A DNA stretch of 64,000 nucleotides from contig JBGAON010000003.1 of assembly GCA_044221725.1 (NCBI GenBank), forward strand, positions 256,001 to 320,000. The letters are read 5' to 3'. This DNA is from Elusimicrobiota bacterium. GTDB taxonomy: Bacteria > Elusimicrobiota > Elusimicrobia > F11. Below, in pieces: positions 48,907-58,325 of the stretch; positions within the stretch are counted from its first letter, which is position 1; the number at the start of each line of letters is the position of its first letter. The notes under the pieces were generated by a model. The model did not search any database, was not told where the DNA came from, and saw nothing but the letters and a program-made list of their open reading frames with translations. A program made the translations under genes and the position numbers.

Positions 48907-49410
48907 TTAGTCATGCGCGCAATTCCCATCTTTTGTTCCGGGCACTTCAATTGTTCCTTTGACCGCAAAATCCGCACTCCCTTTTTCGTCGTTCCAGGGT
49001 TGGACAATATATTGACCGTCGGTCGAGGTTTTCGCACCGCTTTTGATCGAAAACATCAAACTGCGGCCGGGAGCGATGTCGTTTTCGAAAGGCTTCGCGC
49101 TGTCTTTGCTTGTCCATGCAACGGTGCTGCAACCATCGGTTTGAGCAGACCATCCGTTTGGTGTGTTTTCTACTAGGAACGGAGCTTCGATCATAAGAGT
49201 GACCACGCTAATCGGATGACGTCCCAGATTTTTGACTTTGTAAGTCCAAATATCTCCTTTCTGGGTGACATTGATTTGCACGTCTTTTGATTCTCGATTG
49301 TGTTCCAGTGGTGAAGTCGCAAACACGTTTGATCCCAGTAGAAGAGCAAGTAGCGGAGTTGCGACTCTAAATAACCGCAAACAATCAGCCCGTGCGCCCG
49401 GACTCAGCAT
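48907..49410 (-). CDS. Hypothetical exported beta-sandwich protein
   Basis: Signal-peptide-like LLALLLGSNVFA. W.Y.V.N, P.GW and DIAPG.SL.F pattern. Start uncertain. Confidence 0.6.
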   Translation of the reverse strand: MLSPGARADCLRLFRVATPLLALLLGSNVFATSPLEHNRESKDVQINVTQKGDIWTYKVKNLGRHPISVVTLMIEAPFLVENTPNGWSAQTDGCSTVAWTSKDSAKPFENDIAPGRSLMFSIKSGAKTSTDGQYIVQPWNDEKGSADFAVKGTIEVPGTKDGNCAHD

Positions 49411-49414
49411 TGAA

Positions 49415-51424
49415 TTAATAAGACCTTTTCCCTTTACGGACCAATCGGACTTGGCAGGCGTTCGCGAAGAAAGGGAGCAGGGACTTTATTTTCGGCATTA
49501 CTTCTTCGGCGGTGGCTTCTCCCATTTTGATCATCTCTTTCGCGCGGTCCAAATCCCACCACAATAGGTCATGTGATTTGATGTTCATGACCACGTGCGC
49601 AATTTCGGAGCGCGCTTGCGAGATTTCGTACTGCATGATGTAGATGGTTTTGAGCATAATCTCTGGAATCGACGGGCCCCGCAGCACCGACGGCATATGG
49701 CGACGCCACCAACCAATCATTCGCGGCACGCGGCGCTCCCCGGCTTTTGATGTGAGATTGGCCGAAATTAAAATATTCGCGCCCTGAGAAACGCTGATGG
49801 AGGTTGGCACCGGATTCACGAGCCCGCCATCGACCAAGTAGCGGCCTTCAAGATAATACGGCTGAAAGAAAAACGGTAGCGACAAACTCGCGCGCACCGC
49901 CTCGGCGACGTTGCCACGGTCCAGAATCATTTCTTTGCCGGTTTGAATATCGGTGGCCACGCATGCGAACGGCAGCAGCAAATCACCGAACGATTGGTCG
50001 TTCAGGTGCGACTTCAAAAAGTTTAAAACGCCGTTGCCGCGAATTAGGCCCGTGCGCGGAACAATCGGGTCCGCCATCATCCACAAACGTTTCCTCGTGA
50101 TTGAAACGGCGATGCGCTCGAGTTCGTCGGGTCCGATGCCGGCCGCGTAGAACGCGCCGATCAAAGCCCCCATTGATGTGCCACTGATGACATCCGGAAA
50201 AATATTTTCACGCTCGAGAATCCGCAGCATACCGATCAGCGCGTATCCAAACGCCGCGCCCGAGCCCATCGCAAACCCGATTGAAAGTCCCGTTAATTTT
50301 CGGGCGAGCCGGTCCACGCACTTCTGACCGGAGATGGCGTCGGGCGTAAAAAACGGAGCCCCTTTCGCTCGAAATTTTTCGGCCCATTCGTCGCGCCAAT
50401 CCACGCGAATGTCCGGCGGAAAATCAGGCACAACGGTTTCCAAACTTTGCGAAAGCCAAACACGCTCCGGCTTCTTAGCGATCACGCCCGTGCCCATCTT
50501 CCGAATTTTATCGATGTCGGCCGGCGAACTCTGAGGGCCCGCCACGATCACCACACGATCAAATTCGTTCAACAAGATGACCGCGTTCTCGCGCGTGTCG
50601 GCGGGCAAAACAAACACGCACAGGTCGTAAAGATCTTTGATCAGTGCGAACAACGAATAAACAACGTTGTTGATGACGCCGGACATGATGCGCGCGTCCA
50701 ATTCCAACAGCTCGAGGCCCGATGGATGGACGGCCACGGATTCATTGAAGCGTCTTGTGTCTTGCAGCACTCCGTTTCGGAAATCGCGTTCGGAAATGGT
50801 GGGTGCGTGAACGCCCAGACTTTTGGCGAACAAATGGTCGCCGGTGTCGAGCGCGCAAACAAGCACGCGCCGCCGCGTTTGTTCGGCGAGTGAGATGGCG
50901 AGATTGACCGAAAAGACCACCCCGTCAGTGGGCGGTAGCGCAGAAACAAGCGCGAAAATTTTTGCGGGCTGATTCGTCGGAGTCCCGCTGCGGTGAATCG
51001 AGGCAAGACGACTCGACAAAATTCGCGACAGGTGCACGCCCATTGTTGGATTTTTCTCGAGAATCGCATCGAAGTCGCGTTTCGAAAGCACGAGCAGTTC
51101 GGCCGTTGTGTCGACAATGGCCGTGTTGGTCCGCGGCTCGCCGGCCAGAAGCGCCATTTCGCCGAGCACGTCGCCACGGTTTAGGAACGCTAGCGTGTTC
51201 TTGTCGGCATCGCGCAGCGCCGTGTTTGACTTCAAGATTCGCACGGTTCCAGAGAGAACGATATACAGCGAATCACCCGAATCGTTTTCCTGGAACAGCA
51301 CAGCGCCCTTGGGGAACGACACCACGGTCATGCGTTTGGCCAGAAAAGAAAGTTGGTTTCCAGTAAAACTGGAGAACAAGAACACTTTTCGAATAAATGG
51401 AATCCAATCTGTCGAACTAGCCAT
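49415..51424 (-). CDS. cNMP-binding domain, degenerate MinD/ParA-like domain and patatin phospholipase
   Basis: GEMALL...PR (cNMP). Patatin GSGAAFG, GTSMG and DGG. Confidence 0.9.
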   Translation of the reverse strand: MASSTDWIPFIRKVFLFSSFTGNQLSFLAKRMTVVSFPKGAVLFQENDSGDSLYIVLSGTVRILKSNTALRDADKNTLAFLNRGDVLGEMALLAGEPRTNTAIVDTTAELLVLSKRDFDAILEKNPTMGVHLSRILSSRLASIHRSGTPTNQPAKIFALVSALPPTDGVVFSVNLAISLAEQTRRRVLVCALDTGDHLFAKSLGVHAPTISERDFRNGVLQDTRRFNESVAVHPSGLELLELDARIMSGVINNVVYSLFALIKDLYDLCVFVLPADTRENAVILLNEFDRVVIVAGPQSSPADIDKIRKMGTGVIAKKPERVWLSQSLETVVPDFPPDIRVDWRDEWAEKFRAKGAPFFTPDAISGQKCVDRLARKLTGLSIGFAMGSGAAFGYALIGMLRILERENIFPDVISGTSMGALIGAFYAAGIGPDELERIAVSITRKRLWMMADPIVPRTGLIRGNGVLNFLKSHLNDQSFGDLLLPFACVATDIQTGKEMILDRGNVAEAVRASLSLPFFFQPYYLEGRYLVDGGLVNPVPTSISVSQGANILISANLTSKAGERRVPRMIGWWRRHMPSVLRGPSIPEIMLKTIYIMQYEISQARSEIAHVVMNIKSHDLLWWDLDRAKEMIKMGEATAEEVMPKIKSLLPFFANACQVRLVRKGKRSY

Positions 51425-51500
51425 TGCAAATAGCAGCTTAACCCCGGTATGCTTCGTTTGTCAATTTGGGTGGTAAAAACAAAGTGATACACTTAAAAAA

Positions 51501-52217
51501 ATGAAACCAGCAAAAGCCGCGAAATCCGTCGACGTTCATCAGCTCTCCACCTTCTTACGGGGCGTCGAGCTTTTAAATGGTTTGTCGGCCGAAGATTTGT
51601 TGCGCGTGGCGCAAATGTGCCAATTGGTCAAATTTCGGCGCGCGGAGCGGATTTTCACCGAGAAGCAACCGGGCGCCTGTTTGTACGTGGTGATGGCCGG
51701 TCGCGTAAAGATTTTTGGTTCGTCGATTCAAGGCCGATCGAAAACGTTTGCCTACTTGGAGCCAGGAGATTTTTTTGGAGAGATGTCCCTGATCGATGAT
51801 GATGTTCGTTCCGCCTCGGCGGCGGCGCTGGAAGATTCGGTGCTCATCATGCTGAAGAGCGACGACTATCGAAAACTCATGCTGTCCCGTCCGGCTATCG
51901 CGCTTGCCGTTTTAAAAACGCTCGCCCTGCGCCTGCGCCGCGCAAACAAAGAGATCGAAGCGCTTTCGTTTAACAATGTGCTTGGCCGAATCGCTCAAAT
52001 TTTGCTCGACTTGGCGGACCGTTATGGCAAAAAAACCGACGAAGGCATTCGCATCGAAATGGAATTGTCCCACAAAGAACTCGCCGAAATGGCCGGCACG
52101 GCCCGCGAAGTGATCAGTCGCGTGATCTCGCGATTCCGGCGTATTGGTTGCGTCAACTTTTTCGACAACAAACTCATCATCACCGACCACAACAAGCTAA
52201 AAAGCTGGATTTTCTAA
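51501..52217 (+). CDS. Crp/Fnr family transcriptional regulator (cAMP-binding type)
   Basis: FGEMSL...RSA and HTH ELA.MAG.AREVISR. Confidence 0.93.
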   Translation: MKPAKAAKSVDVHQLSTFLRGVELLNGLSAEDLLRVAQMCQLVKFRRAERIFTEKQPGACLYVVMAGRVKIFGSSIQGRSKTFAYLEPGDFFGEMSLIDDDVRSASAAALEDSVLIMLKSDDYRKLMLSRPAIALAVLKTLALRLRRANKEIEALSFNNVLGRIAQILLDLADRYGKKTDEGIRIEMELSHKELAEMAGTAREVISRVISRFRRIGCVNFFDNKLIITDHNKLKSWIF

Positions 52218-52223
52218 AGATTC

Positions 52224-53477
52224 ATGACAGCCTCCATTCAAGTCCCGAAAGGGACGCGTGATATCACCGGCAGCGAAGTCATCGCCTTCCAAGAACTCGA
52301 AGCGGTCGCTCGCTCGACGTTTCACTTGTTTCAATTCTCCGAATTGCGAACGCCGATCTTTGAAGCGGTCGAACTTTTCTCGCGTTCGCTCGGCGAGACG
52401 TCCGACGTCGTCGAGAAAGAAATGTTCACGTTCACGGACCGCGGCGAACGCACGTTTGCGCTACGTCCCGAAGGAACTGCCGGTGTTGTGCGGCACTACA
52501 TCGAAAACAATTTGGCTGTGAAAGGCGGGGCGCAACGGTTCTTTTACGTTGGACCTATGTTTCGCGCCGAACGTCCGCAGGCCGGGCGTTACCGTCAGTT
52601 TTGGCAAATCGGCAGCGAACATTTCGGTCCATCGGATGCCGCGGCCGACGCGGACACAGTGGTGATGATCGCGAAGATTCTTAAGGATTTTGGTCTTTCA
52701 AATTTTACCGTCGAGGTGAATTCTATTGGGTGCAGCAATTGCCGACCGAAACACCGCGAAGCGTTGCTCGCCTATCTGAAGTCAAAAGAAAGCGAATTAA
52801 CAGAGGAGTCGCGTCGCCGCATGAACGTGAACCCGTTGCGCGTTCTGGATTCGAAAGTGGACGGACCGAAGCTGGGCGGTGCCCCAGTGATCACCGATTT
52901 TCTCTGCGTCGATTGCCGTGCGCACCACGATACGTTTCTCGAGCTGTTAAGAAATTCAGCGCTTCCGTTCCGCGAGAATCCACGGCTTGTACGCGGTCTC
53001 GACTATTACACACGCAGTGTTTTCGAATTCGTATCGCCCGATTTGGGCGCGCAAAGCGCGCTTGCCGCCGGGGGCCGCTACGACGATCTTGTGGCGCACC
53101 TTGGCGGGCAGTCGACCCCCGCTGTCGGGTTTGCTCTTGGGATGGACCGCGTTGTCGGTGCGCGAGCGGCGCACGCGGCCGAAACAAAAAACGGTCAACA
53201 ACCGATTGCCGTCGCAATTCCGCTCATGAAAGAAGCGGTCTCGATTTGTTTCTCGATCGCACAAACGCTGCGATCAAAAGGAATCTCTGTGCCGCCCGTC
53301 ACCGCTGCGAAGAAGCTCAAGAACCAATTAGCAAACGCCGTTGACATCGGCGCCAACTGGGCTATCCTTATTGGCGAAGATGAAATCAAGGCAAAACAAG
53401 TGACGGTGAAAAATTTGTCGACCCGTGAACAAACCCAAATCGCCGAAGAAAAGTTGATTTCCTTCCTGAAAGGGTAG
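52224..53477 (+). CDS. hisS: Histidine--tRNA ligase
   Basis: KGTRD, LRPEGTA, FRAERPQAGRYRQF, LVRGLDYY, GGRYD. Confidence 0.97.
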   Translation: MTASIQVPKGTRDITGSEVIAFQELEAVARSTFHLFQFSELRTPIFEAVELFSRSLGETSDVVEKEMFTFTDRGERTFALRPEGTAGVVRHYIENNLAVKGGAQRFFYVGPMFRAERPQAGRYRQFWQIGSEHFGPSDAAADADTVVMIAKILKDFGLSNFTVEVNSIGCSNCRPKHREALLAYLKSKESELTEESRRRMNVNPLRVLDSKVDGPKLGGAPVITDFLCVDCRAHHDTFLELLRNSALPFRENPRLVRGLDYYTRSVFEFVSPDLGAQSALAAGGRYDDLVAHLGGQSTPAVGFALGMDRVVGARAAHAAETKNGQQPIAVAIPLMKEAVSICFSIAQTLRSKGISVPPVTAAKKLKNQLANAVDIGANWAILIGEDEIKAKQVTVKNLSTREQTQIAEEKLISFLKG

Positions 53478-53479
53478 AC

Positions 53480-54349
53480 GTGCTCGGCACGTATCACATG
53501 GGCGCGCTGTTGGAAGCGCTCTCGGATATCCACCATCTGCACGAGGAAGGATTGCTTTACGCGTTTGTGCTGAACCGTTGCAGCGACGTGTTAAAAGCGC
53601 AAGGCGGCACGTTCTTCTCGGTGCGCGAAGAAGAAGGCGAACTTTACCCCGAAGCGACGAAAGGCGTCGCGTTGTCGTTGATCCGCGAAATCCCGTTCAA
53701 AATGAAACTCGGGATTGCCGGTTGGGTCGCTTCGAACCGAAAACCCGCAATCGTGGAGAATGCACAGGCCGATGAACGGTTCAATCGCGCGGTCGATGTG
53801 ATCACCGGCGTGCGCACCCGCTCAGTTCTCTGCGTGCCGATAACACGCAAGGATGAATTGCTCGGCGTGGTCGAACTGGTTAACCGCGTGGATGGCGTGT
53901 TTCGCGAAGCGGATCTTGAATTTTTGCAGCACCTTGGAAATCAAGTCGGCGTGGCGCTCGAGAATTGCCGTTTGTATCAAAACACCGAAAATTTGCTCAC
54001 CTACACGAACAGTGTGATTAACAGCTTGACCGGCGGATTTATTTCAACCGATTTGAAAGGCAACGTCACGCGCTGCAACAACGCTGCGTGTCGCATTCTC
54101 GGTGTTTCGTTGGAAGATGTGATCAACAAACCGCTGCTCAAAGCACTGCCGAACTATCCGGCGTTTGCGGCCATTCTCGAGGTTACACAGAAGCATCAAA
54201 CGAGCGTGACGCGCCAGGAAATCGGTTTGCAAAAACCCGATGGATCCACGATGATCGTCGGTTACAGTACGTTTCTCATTCGCGACGACAATCAACTCCA
54301 CGGCGCCGCAATTATTTTTCAAGACCTCACCAACCTCAAAAAGAAGTAA
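53480..54349 (+). CDS. Stand-alone GAF-PAS sensor protein (no output domain)
   Basis: GAF (GIAGWV, VELVNR..F...D) followed by PAS ending FQDLT, then stop. Confidence 0.85.
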   Translation: MLGTYHMGALLEALSDIHHLHEEGLLYAFVLNRCSDVLKAQGGTFFSVREEEGELYPEATKGVALSLIREIPFKMKLGIAGWVASNRKPAIVENAQADERFNRAVDVITGVRTRSVLCVPITRKDELLGVVELVNRVDGVFREADLEFLQHLGNQVGVALENCRLYQNTENLLTYTNSVINSLTGGFISTDLKGNVTRCNNAACRILGVSLEDVINKPLLKALPNYPAFAAILEVTQKHQTSVTRQEIGLQKPDGSTMIVGYSTFLIRDDNQLHGAAIIFQDLTNLKKK

Positions 54350-54386
54350 AAAACGTCGCCCCGGCCCGCCGGGATGACGAATCAAC

Positions 54387-56042
54387 ATGAATAAAAATAC
54401 GGCACTTACGTGCGACTTCCTTATTATTGGATCCGGCTTGGCCGGTTTGTCGACAGCGCTTAAGCTCGCGCCGCATGGGCGTGTGCTGTTGCTGACGAAA
54501 GACACATTGGAAGACGGCGCCACCGAATACGCCCAGGGCGGTATTGCGGCGGTGACAGAGAAAAGCGATTCGTTTGCCTCGCACGTGAACGATACGCTGT
54601 CCGCGGGCGCTGGCCTGTGCGACAAACGTGTTGTTGAAATGGTCGTGACCGAAGGTCCGGCGCGCGTTCAGGAATTGATTCAGCAAGGCGTTCGTTTTTC
54701 GCTGCGCGAAACGTCGGGCGATGCGCCCGAAACGTTCGCTCTCGGTTTGGAGGGCGGCCATTCGCATCGGCGTATACTTCACGTCGCAGACCGTACCGGA
54801 CGCGAAATTCATCGCACGCTGATCGCGCGGGTTAGAGAATCTTCGCGCATCAAAGTTCTTGAAGGCCATTTTGCGGTCGATTTGCTTTCGACGCGGCATC
54901 AGGACTTGGGTGCGTTGAATGCCTGCCTTGGCGCTTATGTGCTGGACCGCAAAACTCGAAAAGTCCGTACCGTGCTCGCCGGTGTGACCATTCTCGCGAC
55001 CGGCGGCGCCGGCAAAACGTATTTGTACACATCGAACCCTGACGTCGCGACCGGCGACGGTATGGCGATGGCGTTCCGCGCGGGCGTGCCGCTGGCGAAT
55101 ATGGAATTCGTGCAGTTCCATCCGACGTGTCTTTACCACCCATACGCAAAATCATTTTTGATCAGCGAAGCTGTGCGGGGGGAAGGCGGCGTCTTGCGAC
55201 TTCGCTCCGGCGAAGAATTCATGAAGCGTTACAGCGTGCAAAAAGAATTGGCGCCGCGCGACGTGGTCGCTCGCGCGATCGACAAAGAGCTCAAGAAGCG
55301 CGGTGAGGATTGCGTTTATTTGGATATTCGACATCGCAAGCCACAATTTATCCGCAAGAGATTTCCAGCGATCTACAAGAAGTGCAAACAATTCGGCATT
55401 GATATCACGAAGCAACCGATCCCGGTGGTGCCGGCCGCCCATTATTTTTGTGGCGGCGTCAAAGTTGACGAATGGGGGCAAACGAATTTGCCTCGATTGT
55501 TTGCGGTGGGTGAGGTGACGTACACCGGACTTCACGGCGCCAACCGGCTCGCCTCGAACTCGCTGCTCGAATGTGCGGTGTTTGCGCATCGGGTGGCACT
55601 CAAAGCGCAGCAAGTGGCAAAGAAGCCGCTGCCAAAGATTTCGGTCCCCAATTGGAACCCGGGCCAAGCGCGCGACCCGGATGAGCAAGTGGTGATTTCC
55701 CAAAACTGGGACGAAATTCGTCGCGTCATGTGGAATTATGTGGGTATTGAGCGTACGGACAAACGTCTCGCGCGCGCGTTACGTCGAGTCGAACTTTTGA
55801 AACAAGAGATTCAAGAGTATTACTGGGATTTCCACGTTACAGCCGAACTCCTCGAGTTGCGAAACTTGGCCACGGTGGGAGAACTGGTGATCCGTTCGGC
55901 GCTCGCACGCCAAGAAAGTCGCGGTCTGCATTTTAATTGCGATCATCCGAAGCGCAGTGATGCCCATTGGCGCCGCACCTCCACGATCAGCCGCAGTCCT
56001 CTCCCCAGCGAATCACCAATTATCACGTTCGACAAAATCTAA
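54387..56042 (+). CDS. nadB: L-aspartate oxidase
   Basis: [49 protein letters not shown]. Confidence 0.96.
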   Translation: MNKNTALTCDFLIIGSGLAGLSTALKLAPHGRVLLLTKDTLEDGATEYAQGGIAAVTEKSDSFASHVNDTLSAGAGLCDKRVVEMVVTEGPARVQELIQQGVRFSLRETSGDAPETFALGLEGGHSHRRILHVADRTGREIHRTLIARVRESSRIKVLEGHFAVDLLSTRHQDLGALNACLGAYVLDRKTRKVRTVLAGVTILATGGAGKTYLYTSNPDVATGDGMAMAFRAGVPLANMEFVQFHPTCLYHPYAKSFLISEAVRGEGGVLRLRSGEEFMKRYSVQKELAPRDVVARAIDKELKKRGEDCVYLDIRHRKPQFIRKRFPAIYKKCKQFGIDITKQPIPVVPAAHYFCGGVKVDEWGQTNLPRLFAVGEVTYTGLHGANRLASNSLLECAVFAHRVALKAQQVAKKPLPKISVPNWNPGQARDPDEQVVISQNWDEIRRVMWNYVGIERTDKRLARALRRVELLKQEIQEYYWDFHVTAELLELRNLATVGELVIRSALARQESRGLHFNCDHPKRSDAHWRRTSTISRSPLPSESPIITFDKI

Positions 56043-56093
56043 GCCGCACTTGAATTTCATAGAGGTTCTGAGCATGCTTGAAGGGATCTTCCT

Positions 56094-56702
56094 ATGAGAA
56101 AAATCTTCCTTCTTTGCGTGTTTGTGTGTGCTCCGCTCGTGCTTCACGCCGACAACGACGCCCTGCGCCGACTCGCTCGAGATTTCGGAAAGAAACTGCA
56201 GCCGTTGCACAAACCGCGCGTGGCGTTGTTGCCGTTTCCGTACCACAACGGAAAAATTTCGAGCGGATCTTCAATTCTTTGCGAGCGGCTCACCACGTAC
56301 ATGGCCGAGACGAAAAAGGTGCGCGTGATTGAGCGCAATCTCATAAAAAAACTTTTGGAAGAGCAGCATTTGTCGGAAACCGGTGTTGTGGACGCGTCCG
56401 CCGCGCAGAAGATCGGCAAGGTGGTCGGCGTCGATGTGATTATCACTGGAACATTGAACGATTTCGGTGAAAACGAAACCGAATTGAACGCGCGCGCGCT
56501 CGAGGCGGCGTCTGGCGAAGTTGTGGCTGCTGGGCGCGTCGTGGTCGAACGCGAATGGCAGGACCGTCCTCGCTCACCGAAGCCAATCGCGCCAATTGTC
56601 GTACAGGAGGACGAAGACGAAGAGAGAGCGGTTCCCAACGAGGCGATTGAAATCGGATTCCCGGGGGGTCGCGGCGGACCAGCTCCACGCCGCGGGCGTT
56701 AA
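56094..56702 (+). CDS. FlgO/CsgG-like exported protein, paralogue 1
   Basis: Signal peptide. VA.L.F, VIER..I..LL.EQ.LS.TG, IGK..GVD.I..G, NAR...GEV. Confidence 0.8.
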   Translation: MRKIFLLCVFVCAPLVLHADNDALRRLARDFGKKLQPLHKPRVALLPFPYHNGKISSGSSILCERLTTYMAETKKVRVIERNLIKKLLEEQHLSETGVVDASAAQKIGKVVGVDVIITGTLNDFGENETELNARALEAASGEVVAAGRVVVEREWQDRPRSPKPIAPIVVQEDEDEERAVPNEAIEIGFPGGRGGPAPRRGR

Positions 56703-56707
56703 CCGCA

Positions 56708-57520
56708 ATGGGCTACAGGACGTACGCGTCCATGACGTTCGGTATGTTCCTTCTGATGCCAAGTGTATCCCACGCCGATGAATTTTCTCAGTTGGCCAAA
56801 GACCTCGCACAAGGCGCATCCGAATTGAAATACAAGAAAGTCGCCGTGCTGACGTTTCCCTATCACGATGGGCGTATGTCGAGCGGTTCGTCCATCGTAT
56901 CCGAGCGCCTGACCACCGACCTCGTCGGAAAGAAAAAACTTCGCGTCATTGAACGCCGGCTCATCGAGCAACTGTTGACCGAGAAGAAATTGAGCGAAGA
57001 GGGTGTGGTGAATCAGGAGAATCTGAAAACACTCGGCACCGTGCTCGATGTGGACGCTATCGTCACCGGAACCTTGATCGATCTCGAAAACAACCGTACA
57101 GAAATAAATGCGCGAATGATTCGTTCGGACTCGGGAGAAGTTCTGTCGGTTGGACAAGTGATTGTTGACCGAACGTGGAAAGACGAACCAGTTTCTCCAC
57201 GCCCGGCGGCGAAAATAAAGCGTGTTGCGGCCTCGCCCGCGCCAGCACCGGCGCCGCCACCATTGTTGGATGACATCGATCCATCCAGCGCGAAATCACC
57301 GGTTAAACTTTCGAACGAGAGTTTCCCGCCGAGCCGCCGCATTTATCACACGGTCGGTTATGGCGAGCCGAAAAAGAAACCGGAAATCGAAAAGATGTCG
57401 CCGGGGCGCGACGATCAAGACCACGAAAAGGTCGAAGAACCCATCGTCATTCGCAACGAGACGAAGCAAAAAGAAGCACCTACAAAACCCCCACCACCAC
57501 CGCCCGGCCGTCGTCGATAG
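56708..57520 (+). CDS. FlgO/CsgG-like exported protein, paralogue 2, with Pro-rich tail
   Basis: Strong similarity to the preceding gene (FPYH.G..SSGSSI..ERLTT). Confidence 0.8.
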   Translation: MGYRTYASMTFGMFLLMPSVSHADEFSQLAKDLAQGASELKYKKVAVLTFPYHDGRMSSGSSIVSERLTTDLVGKKKLRVIERRLIEQLLTEKKLSEEGVVNQENLKTLGTVLDVDAIVTGTLIDLENNRTEINARMIRSDSGEVLSVGQVIVDRTWKDEPVSPRPAAKIKRVAASPAPAPAPPPLLDDIDPSSAKSPVKLSNESFPPSRRIYHTVGYGEPKKKPEIEKMSPGRDDQDHEKVEEPIVIRNETKQKEAPTKPPPPPPGRRR

Positions 57521-57551
57521 CCAAGATCGTTTTTCTTTGTAAGATTCCGCG

Positions 57552-58100
57552 GTGACGATCGATAGAGTTTTCGATGTTGTATCCGAAGATTTCGGCAAAG
57601 GAAAAATTCCGTGCGTGGTTATTGGTGGTATCGCGGTTAATTTTCATAAGTACGCGCGGCAAACGACCGACGTCGATTTCATGCTTTGCAAAGAGGATTT
57701 TTCGCGTGCCAAACAGAGTCTGGAAAAACGCGGCTATTCGCTTTGGCATGAGCAAGATACCTTTGCCCAATTCCGAACGAACGACAAATCTTTGGCCGAT
57801 GTTGATTTGATGTTTGTCGATAAAGCAACGCTCGACGAAATCTTAAAAGATGCGCAAGAGCTTAACGTTCGAGGAAAAATATATTGGGTCCCCTCGTTAA
57901 AAAATCTGATGGCGCTTAAATTGCATTCGAGCAAGGGAAGCAAATTTCGAGAATTGAAAGATTTGTTGGATATCGTTTTATTGGTGAAAGCCAATAATGT
58001 CGATGTGAATTCCCAGGAATTTCGAGCGTTGTGCGTGAAATATGGGAATGACGAGCTTTATAAAAAAATAGTTGAGCATTTGCCCACGAGCGAAAAATGA
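57552..58100 (+). CDS. Nucleotidyltransferase (pol-beta superfamily, AbiEii/MNT-like)
   Basis: IGGIAV..H...R.TTDVD, L.ALKL and R..KD..DI. Confidence 0.8.
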   Translation: MTIDRVFDVVSEDFGKGKIPCVVIGGIAVNFHKYARQTTDVDFMLCKEDFSRAKQSLEKRGYSLWHEQDTFAQFRTNDKSLADVDLMFVDKATLDEILKDAQELNVRGKIYWVPSLKNLMALKLHSSKGSKFRELKDLLDIVLLVKANNVDVNSQEFRALCVKYGNDELYKKIVEHLPTSEK

Positions 58101-58291
58101 GTGATTTGAATCTTCCTACCATTAAGAATGATTTTTTGCCGCCGCCGGCCAAGGATATGAATGAAATTTTCGAGTTTTTGAAATTTCCTTTTGAGAACAA
58201 TTTAATCGACCTTTCGGCTGTTCGTCTTCAAAAGGAATTGATGCGTTTCGACGTGCCTTTCGTCATAGAACCGTCGAGAAAAGCTGCCTAA
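58097..58291 (+). CDS. Small hypothetical protein coupled to the nucleotidyltransferase
   Basis: ATGA overlap, 64 aa. Confidence 0.6.
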   Translation: MSDLNLPTIKNDFLPPPAKDMNEIFEFLKFPFENNLIDLSAVRLQKELMRFDVPFVIEPSRKAA

Positions 58292-58325
58292 CAATTCGAA
58301 AATCTTTGATATATTGCTCGCTCCC

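Noticed and set aside
51482..51494. aagtg-ata-cactt palindrome as a Crp site
   Set aside because: Spacing does not fit TGTGA-N6-TCACA. Better explained as overlapping an extended -10 box.
58292..58325. LexA/SOS box upstream of uvrA
   Set aside because: No convincing CTGT-N8-ACAG or GAAC-N4-GTTC match.
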